Source: Callorhinchus milii
Lineage: Eukaryota
Length of the DNA: 64,000 nucleotides
Assembly: GCF_018977255.1 (NCBI RefSeq)
Contig: NW_024704746.1
Span: 21,266,001-21,330,000 of the forward strand
Reading direction: 5' to 3'
In this document: in pieces, positions 55,100-64,000 of the stretch
Position numbering within the stretch: the stretch's first letter is position 1
Layout of the letters: each line of letters starts with the position of its first letter
Notes under the pieces: model-generated
Told to the model about the DNA's origin: nothing
What the model saw: the letters and a program-made list of their open reading frames with translations, nothing else
The model's database searches: none
Program-made: the position numbers and the translations under genes

Positions 55100-55485
55100 A
55101 GAATAAGATAAGAACAGGAGCAGTGAATTTGGCGCCTCCAGAAATATTTGTGTGAAAAACATTTTATTCCTTTCACTCTTAATTGGTTTTGCTCTAATTT
55201 TAGGTTGATGTCCTCTTGTTCTGGATTCAGAGGAAATGAGTTCCTGTCTCTCTACCTCAGCAAATTACTTTGCTATCATTTTAAACATCTTAATGAGATT
55301 TCCCCTGAACCTGCTCAGCTTAAGGGAATATCACAAAAGTTTGACCACCTCTCCTCACACTTTACCCATTCAGCCCAGGCATCATTCTGGTCAATCTGAG
55401 CTGCCCTCCAAGGTCAGTACATCTCTCCGGAGGTATCATAGCCCAAACTGAACCCAGAGGAGGTCTGACCAGAACTCTATACAAC
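55100..55485 (-). mobile_element. Old CR1-like fragment
   Basis: taagaataagataagaacaggagcag terminus and degenerate CR1-like 3' sequence. Confidence 0.5.
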
Positions 55486-56367
55486 TGAACGTTTCTGTCA
55501 ATGCTGCTTGCATGCAAGGAGGCAGGAGAGGGTTGAGTAGCGGAGATCTCGCTGACTTCTCCCTGCAGGAGGGCAGTTACCCTGGGCTTCACAGCGTTAA
55601 CTGATGTTAAACCATAACCGGAATGAGCTATTGGGTTCACCTTCATCTTACCACTGCTCGGCACAGCACGTTGAAGCATTGCGAATTGAGGGGGATATAA
55701 AGGGAAGCCCAGTGAATCTATATCATGTTTATTGTGGTTTCTCTACCGTTCTGTGCTGCTGTATATTTTCTTTACTGTTGCACTGCTCTCTTTTGCAGCA
55801 CTAGATTGTACCACCAGGTGGTACTGCTACTCCAGTCAGTCTTGCACATGTCGCACCTGTTTCAAATCACAAAGCTGCAAACATGTTGTGCACAGCAGAG
55901 CCACGCAAACACAGTGGAAAACTTAATAAAAATAACAGTGGAACAAATTAAGGCCTCTGGCATTGCCCAGCAGTGCTCTAGTGATACCAGGTTTCATATT
56001 AGACAAAATGTACCATTATCTGTAAACTATAAGCAACGTTATGAACTGCACTAAGGGTAACTATAATAAGGTTTACAAGGGTAAACTTGCAGGCAAACCT
56101 GCACAAGTCATTTCATAAGTATATGTGCAAAGTTATGTATAAGTCAGACTAACAAATAACAAATACAGTGAACAAGTGCACAGTCCTTGTCACCAACTTG
56201 CATTTAGTTGAACCTTATTGCCTGATGTCAAGATCTTGATTGTTTCAACGGAGAACACTGTAATGTACTGCACATGTGGCACTTTATCAATGGCTGATGA
56301 GTCAAGACTTTGTTTCCCGTGCTTGTTTCAAACAGAACACTGTGCATGCTTACTTCAAAGCAGCCGG

Positions 56368-56555
56368 TAATAATAATAATCCTCGCATTTGATATCGCGC
56401 TTTCACGTCGGGAGGACGTCCCAAAGCGCTTCACAGAACACACTGTAAAGTGAACTGACTGTATATTTGTGGGCGAACGCGGCAGCCAATCGCGCACAGC
56501 AATGTCCCACAAACAGTCGTAGATTGAAAATGACCAATTTATTATTGTTTTTGTT
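56368..56555 (-). mobile_element. SINE 3' half
   Basis: (AAT)n, hairpin and Deu-like core. Confidence 0.88.
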
Positions 56556-59173
56556 TTTTTGGCGGGTAAGTGCGGCAGCAGCATTACAAGTAAGGAGATG
56601 ATTTGCATAGGATTTAGGATTATTTGGACCAAGAAACCATTACAATTTAGCCGTTTATCCGACGTATAAACTACGACTAATTCAAAAAAATCTAAGCCGT
56701 TTTGGGTAGGAAACTGAGTGGGACTTTAGGAAATAATTAGACCACTGACTCACACTGCTAACCTTTACAGCAACATCCCATTTAAAGGACAACCCTCTAA
56801 GAAACTACAAGGAGAGAACTGAAATTACAATAAGGATTTCTCAGACATGCAACCCTTCAAAATAGAGAACACTTCGGAAGGCCAACAAGAGTCTTATATT
56901 GAACTTAACCTCCAACAGCAATAATCTCTATTTGTGGTTCTACTACAGTAGTTGAGGCTAGGCTTACATTTCGGCTGATGTCTCACAAGCACAGGAGATG
57001 TTTTTTTTTGGCCGGCACTTACTCTAAACATCTTGTGGGATACCATAAACCACTGCTCTATACTCAAACCCAGAAGGAAACCCAAGTAACATGGAGAAGC
57101 TCCAATTTAATATTCACTCTCCACTCTGCTCAGCTCTTGGTTTGAAAAGGGGAAGAAGCTGGGTTGAACCGCAGTATAATTGGTAGGCTGGAATTTGGAA
57201 GGAGCTGGTTGAGTCAGGAGAGCATGTCTATCAGGCAGTATACTTGATGGGGCCGGTCAGGGAGAGGGACATCAGACGAGGAGTGTAAGTGCCCCCAATG
57301 GTGACAAAAAAACAAGAGAGGAGAGAGCATCAGGAGTAAAGGAAAATGCAAATATGTGCAAAGGATGTAGGATGGACCAGAATGTACTATAAACATGCGG
57401 GCAAAAGTGACCAAAGCTATTGAAGGATACAGAGGGATTTTATACAATGGACAACATGCCAAAGTGGGCAACGGAAAAGGGGCCCAGTAACTGTGACTGG
57501 GGAAAGATGTCAGCAATAGCCAAAAGCAGCCGCCCCTATCTCTGAGCAGCTTGCGGCTTGTATAGTTTAGTTTTACTCCAGCTAGTGGATTCACTGATTA
57601 ACACATCAAGTGAACAAAGTGCACATCTTTAAAGATGTTTTAATCTAAACTTACAGAATTGGAGTTCCCTCCCCTACACTGCCATCTGGGCTTGTGGAGA
57701 AGGGTGTTTCCAGGAAACCAAGATTATCTCAACTTAACCATAAATCTGATTGGCTTCCACAAATCGAACGAGAAAGGAAAAAAAAGTTTGAGATACAGTG
57801 TAGGAACTATTAACCCAATGTGCTCTGGACCAAACATCGTAAACTTGAGCTGTATTTATAATTTCAATTATAACTTGACGAACACCATCGGTTACTTTTA
57901 AGATGCACAAACGTGAAAGTCACAAAAAGAGATGCGCCAACGGTATAATGTGTAAAAACGAGGGTACAGCCCATTCAGATTAGAACCACTCAGATTAAAA
58001 TCTCACACTGTCAAGAGTAGTCACAGGAATATCTCACTCTTAGTTTCAAAATCCTGACGCCAGTTGTTCTTAAGATATTTTAAAATAAATTCTACAATTT
58101 GAATTCAAGTTGCTTCTACGTTACCCCCATTGGGAAACCTACACCCTATTCAGAACATCTGATGTTGGCGTTTAATGCGTGTTTAAGGGTTGATTTTTAG
58201 ATGGGATTGTAAATTGAAATGCAACCATGGTGCACAGCTCACTATGCATCAGTGGGTCACCCTGTGCTGATGTCACTCAGCAACAACATCTTACCTTATC
58301 CTTAATCTCAGATAACCTATATCCTACCAGAATACGATTTCAAACGCTGATATTCTCGACGTCTTCTTCATTGGTAAAATCTTATGTTCTGAATGATTTG
58401 TTTGCTGCATAAAGCAGCTTGTAATATATCATATATTTTTAATGCAATTGCTTTCTTTTTTTAAACTTAATCTGGGTTTTAATGACCTGGGACACAAGTC
58501 ACTAAATGTACCGACCCATCGTTGTAAAGCTCTCTGATACATTATCCTATGCTACATCAATGCAAATTGTTGTTATTATCAATACTGCTCAATAAATAGT
58601 CACAAACAGTCATGAACACAGATTTATCTGGCGCACGCTGGGAGAAATTCTATTCTCTTTTCCAATAATGTTCGGTTGGGTAGGTTTAGAGTTTCAGAAG
58701 CGTCAAATGCTCCAGCGCAGCCAACTCGATGGTTGATTTGAATTTAAATTGAGCTAAGGCATTGCTCACTAACAACATTTAGGAACATTTCTTTTGTGTT
58801 TCAACAAATATCATTAGGCAGGCAAGCCTTTCCTCGCTATTCTCTTTTTTTCCCCCACGAATATAGGAGTAACATACCCTCTGTTTTTTTACACATGTAT
58901 AAAATATTATTTTAAATAATTGCATTGTTTGATCCATTATTTAACACAACTCTACAATCTTATACAGTAAACTGTGCAATCTTATGTGCAAAGCAATGTG
59001 TAAGTTGCATAGTTTAGCACATGTTTTCTTGAGTTCCTCTGGGCTGAGAGAGGTAGGTTGAACATTGATGGAAAGGGGCTGTCTTTCGCTTCACTTGGCT
59101 TGTAATTTGATCACTGTGGGCTTTCCAAAGGCAGGTGAAGTTTGATATGAATGGTTGATGCGATGTGAGAGCA

Positions 59174-59183
59174 GTGGCGTGAT
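59174..59183 (+). promoter_or_regulatory. Sterol regulatory element (SRE-1) of the PCSK9 promoter
   Basis: GTGGCGTGAT, the same decamer I recall for the human PCSK9 SRE, 120 bp upstream of the ATG; TATTTAA at about 59233. Confidence 0.8.
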
Positions 59184-59302
59184 CCTCAGACCAGGGACCA
59201 TCACATCAACAGCCCCCGCATCTGTCCCCAGGTATTTAACCCCCAACACAGAGCCTTGACGCCTGTCACTGAGACTCCAACTGAAACCCACAGGCTTGCA
59301 AT

Positions 59303-62300
59303 ATGCGTGGCTTTAAAGTTTGCCCAAACTTAGTGATTCTCCTCTGGTTTGTAACTCTGTCTGTTGCATTAGAGTTTGAGGAAGAAGAGGAATTCGAGGA
59401 GGAGATTCTGGAAACTTTTCCCATTTATGAAACGTTTGTAGAGTTTGAAGCTAAGACTCAGAACATGCCTGCACCCTTTCACCGATCCAACAAAGTAAGT
59501 GTGTTTTTTGTGAGTCTATTTCAGTGTTGACATTGCTTTGAAATAATGCAACGCAGAGAAGATAAAAAAAATTCCTCTGTAAATGAATTGCCTTTATCCA
59601 ACCAATGCCTCATTGCCTTAATGCTTTTCATCTCTATGAACTGCACCAATTCTTTCGTACGGTTTCCCTTTTAACACACTGCCTCTGTGCACTTGATTTA
59701 TTTAAACATTGGCTGTAAACTGTCTTTCTGTTCCCTGAAAATATTATTGTTTGCAACTGAATAACTTCAATAAAGCGCTGCAATTTTCTGACTGGCAAAA
59801 TTATCAAATATCTATTATTAATCTATTACTATTCTGATAGATTTTGAGGAATTGTAACAAAGAGAAAGAACCAATGCTATCCCACAGATAAAAGGTGCGG
59901 CTGAAGAATTTCTAACGACATATCATATAATGTACAACATTGCCATGAAGTATTTCAGTACATTGCAATTAGGATTAGATTAATCCAGGCCATCACATTA
60001 GTATGTAGATTTATTAAATCAGCCAAAGTTGCTGGAAATAGTGTCAAAGGCTCCATTGTGAAAATAGTATTGTTAGGGATATGTGCAATATTACAAAGTC
60101 AATACCAAGTGTGGGAACATTTCAGAGTAATACTGACAATAATCCTTGCATTTGATACAGCATTTTATCACATTGTTGAGACGCGTCTCGAAAAGCTTCA
60201 CAGAATATATTGTAAAAAGTGAATTGACTGTGTATTTGATATGGTCGGGGTGACAGGGTGATGTAGTCTGATCTTGAAAATGATCGCAAAACGATATATA
60301 AAATAACGTTTAAGACATTTTTTTTAGCTTTTGTGTTAACTCCACTGAGGACGTAATGAACGTTCTGACTTATTTTGTGGTTTAACAGAGGATCTAGAAT
60401 TTGTTTTCAACCCCATGACTATGGATTTGCTTTTATTCCTGGGGTGGGGTGGAAGGAATTAAGAGGAGTGCAGGATTCAGCAGAACTTCTTTCTTATACT
60501 GCACTCAGAGATAGCAAGAAAGATATTGCTGATTGCATGAAGGTAGCTCCGAACTGAAATCAAAACAGTAGCATATTTTATATGTATATATCGGTATATT
60601 AAAATATTTAATATATGATATTAAATCCTGGCGTACCATTGGAAGAGATTGGCACTTTACAGACATCTTTGAGGTGTCTCAATGACATGATAAGGGACTA
60701 TATCAAATCCAAAGATTATTATTACTCTCTGTGGTTCTTAATGAACAGCATTTGTTCTCACTGCGTGAAAAGAATCGGATTGATCAGCTGATCATTTTGT
60801 TCTGATTTATGATGGACATTTACTTAACCTGATGACTGAACAATAGCCGTTTCTCACTTCCCTTCCAGGATGCCTGGAGACTGCCAGGACAGTACATCGT
60901 GATGCTGAAGGAGAATACTCACAATTCCCAGACACAACGCACCATCAACAGGCTCCGGACAAAAGCTGCCAAACATGGCTACATGACTGAGCTGGTTCAT
61001 GTTTTCCGGCACATTTTCCAGGGTTTTGTCATCAAGATGAGCAGTGATGTGTTGGACATGGTAATGTCAGAGATGATCTTGTGTTATGCAAAAGGAGATC
61101 GAGAGCATGTGCTTAATATGAGCAATCAGATATAATAATGTAATAAATGTAAGAGTAGGAGCATAATTGCTATACGGAGAGCACTGTGTTAAATGTAGTC
61201 CATTATATAGTTTATAGACTGAATGGGGTAAAATCACTAATGACCATCATTAGTATACAGCAGAATCTGACAATAAATGGTGGATGAAATGTTTCAGAAT
61301 TCACTTAGTTTCACACCTCAGTGGAATAAATAAATACTAGCGAGTCCCATCTGAAGATCATTATATTTCACAAACTAGGGAAGGCCCTGTTCAGTGTGGT
61401 TTGTATGAATATTTTGCTCATCTAACACACAACGTTTTGTGACCTATCTTTTCTCAAAGGCTCTGAGATTGCCTCACATTGAATATATCGAAGAGGATTC
61501 CTTGGTGTTTGCACAAAGTATCCCCTGGAACCTCCATCGCATTGTCCCAGCTGAGGAGAAGCGAGAACAGTACACTCCTCTAAGTGCGTACCTTTAAATC
61601 CTTGTCAGAAACTCATTAAATAACTCCCAAGCCAGTTTAGTGGTTTGGTTTGGCGGAGAATTGCTAATTTGAGCTCTTTACAGAAAGGGGAGTGACATTG
61701 TCACCAGATTTATCTTTTGCCGTAAATCGTGTATGAAATCAAAGCTGTGTTGCAAAGTGCTTATATTAGGTTGTATTGAGCATAGATCCAACATAACAAT
61801 AATGGGGAATTGATGGTAAAAACACTGTAGAAATTATTGTCGCAGTTTACCTTGACCCCAGTCACAGGAGAACAAATTGCTACACCAGTGTGATATTTAC
61901 ATTTCTTTCCATGGATTCGCTCATAAACTTTTTTACTGAGGAATTATGGTTAGTTTGGTGATGTGGACTTGTGTTTATAGGCTTTATTTTGCTAGCCGGG
62001 TGTCTGACATACGTTGGAATGCTTCACCGTGCGTAAGAGGATCCAAACCGTACAGAATCCAATGCTTTCCACCAACTCATGGAAATTCCAGAGATAGATT
62101 GTTGGAATGGAACACGCACTCTCTCTCTCTCTCTCTCTCGGACACCTCCAGATTACCTTCGTCTCGGCTAAATTGCAATTCAAGTCCTAGAGATGAAGAT
62201 GTTTTAGACTCAGATATCTGGTTAATTTCCTCTTTTGCTAGATAATGGTGACCTGGTGGAGGTTTACTTACTTGATACCAGCATTCAGAGCAACCACCGA

Positions 62301-64000
62301 GAAATTGAAGGCAAGGTTCTGGTCACAGAATTTGAGAGCGTTCCAGAAGAGGATGGCACTCGATTCTACCGCCAGGTAAGAGAGCGTTACTTGAAATAAA
62401 GAGAAAGGGCTGAGAAAGCTTCTGCTGGATGGGCATTGTGAATGTGCCAAGAAATAGATATTTGGTTATCAAAGTATCATTAAGATTTGTTCCAAGTAAC
62501 ACCAGGACATTGTCAAGTGCGAAAATTGAGAAAGAGGTGAAGGGTTTAAAAGGAGGACACAAGAGAAAAACATTCACCATTATAGGGTGTATTTGCAAGA
62601 TAAATCAACACAGTATCTTTAGGATTCTAGCTTATTAAGCGATATCAAAGTGTTGTGTTGCCTGTCCTGTCTACTGATTGTTAGCTTCCTCTGAATCACT
62701 GGGTCTGTATTCAGAGAAATTACAATTTATGGTTAGGACTCGCCTCACAGCTTTCAAACCCCATTTCACAGACTCACAACCTGTTTCGTCACTGTAATCT
62801 GACAATGCCCCAACCAAGCTCACACTCCAGGGATGCAGAGTTACTACCCAGTGCTGACAGCAGAAATAAGGGACTCTATTCTCTTTCACCTTTGAATCAC
62901 CACAACTTCTGGGTTTCACATTTCACCTGAAAGACTGCATCTTTGACGATACAAGGGCAAATCTGAAAATATAGCACCAGTTGTGTACTTTGGAGAACTG
63001 TTGTGGTTGTTGCTGTTGAGAGAGGGCAGAAAGCTCATACAGAACAATACAGTAATAGGACGTGCGTTCGTCTCTAGCAGACCTTGAAATGAGATTGCTC
63101 AAGTGTTTTTCATTTAGGATATGGAGGAGGGGAGAAACACAGGAAACCTTCGCTCCCACTGGCTGGATTCCAACTGAACTCCCACAGTTAAAAGTAGCAT
63201 TGGAACAAAGTGTACCACCTACCTGTAGTTCTTATTGATGATCGTTTCTAACATGCAAATGTTTCTGTTCTCCTCCCCAGACTAGTAAATGTGATAGCCA
63301 CGGGACGCACACTGCAGGGGTGGTGAGCGGTCGGGATTCTGGAGTTGCAAAAGGAGCAAACGTCCGTAGTGTAAGAATCCTCAATTGTCAAGGCAAAGGG
63401 GTAACGAGTGGAGCTCTGGCTGGTGAGTGATGTTCACAGGTTACAGCAGGTTTGCCGACACTCGTTAAACTGTTCTCACACCCATCCTGCTCACAGCAGA
63501 ATTCGGAATTAGGATAGAAGGATACTGTCCTGATACATCAGATACAATTTGTGCTGAGGGGTGTTTGCTGGGGTAAACAGTGATGGCAGCACTCTACCCA
63601 GCAAAGGAGCGTTGTGTTTGGAGTCGAGGTACAGATTAGCCATGAGTTTATAGAATGGCGGAACAGGCTCGAGGGGCTGAATGGCCTAACCCCTGTTTTT
63701 ATGTGTGCGGTTCCCCCTTCCTCAAAAGGACTGATCCTCAGATTCCTTTACACTGTAGGTTGTAGAAATTGAATAGTAGCGATTGTTTTGTCCAAACTGG
63801 AAAACTAAAGGATTCTGCACTTTTAACAATATCAAATACTTGTCTTTTTTTTTTTAATAATGATATCGACACGTTCCTCTATTCCTCAGGCTTAGAGTTC
63901 ATCAGAAACACTGTGATTGTCCAGCCCTACCGTCCTATGATTGTATTGCTGCCCTTCGCTGGGGGATTCAGTCGCACACTGAACTCTGCAGCTAGAATGC
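59303..64000 (+). CDS. PCSK9: Proprotein convertase subtilisin/kexin 9, partial; exons 59303-59494, 60869-61060, 61460-61583, 62242-62375, 63281-63422, 63890->64000
   Basis: Signal peptide and acidic prosegment, [15 protein letters not shown], autocleavage site VFAQ|SIPWNL, catalytic Asp (VYLLDTSI) and His (CDSHGTH), [20 protein letters not shown]; exons join in frame. Confidence 0.97.
63590..63702 (+). mobile_element. CR1-type 3' end fragment
   Basis: gaatggcggaacaggctcgaggggctgaatggccta...cctgtt resembles the CR1 3' terminus. Confidence 0.6.

Overview
Vertebrate genomic DNA, probably a cartilaginous fish such as elephant shark or another chimaera. That assignment is inferred from tRNA-headed Deu-domain SINEs, L2/CR1 LINEs and a Penelope-like remnant. 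The window is a compact version of the human 1p32 block: PARS2(-), TTC22(-), LEXM/CIMAP2(+), DHCR24(-), TMEM61(+), BSND(+) and the 5' part of PCSK9(+). All were reconstructed by hand with GT-AG junctions and consistent phases. The standout is an extra intact gene between PARS2 and TTC22 (CDS 6806-9554, four coding exons, 306 aa). It encodes a microbial-type HCxxGKDRTG phosphatase (Y_phosphatase3 / MptpB / IphP / LipA-like), a family I do not know from mammals, and lies head-to-head with PARS2 across a repeat-rich CpG promoter. Other points: an exact PCSK9 sterol response element, a degenerate barttin PY motif, SINE/L2 shared 3' hairpins, a decayed hammerhead-like motif and large simple-repeat arrays beside GC-rich promoters. 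No database searches were run; comparisons with human are from recall.
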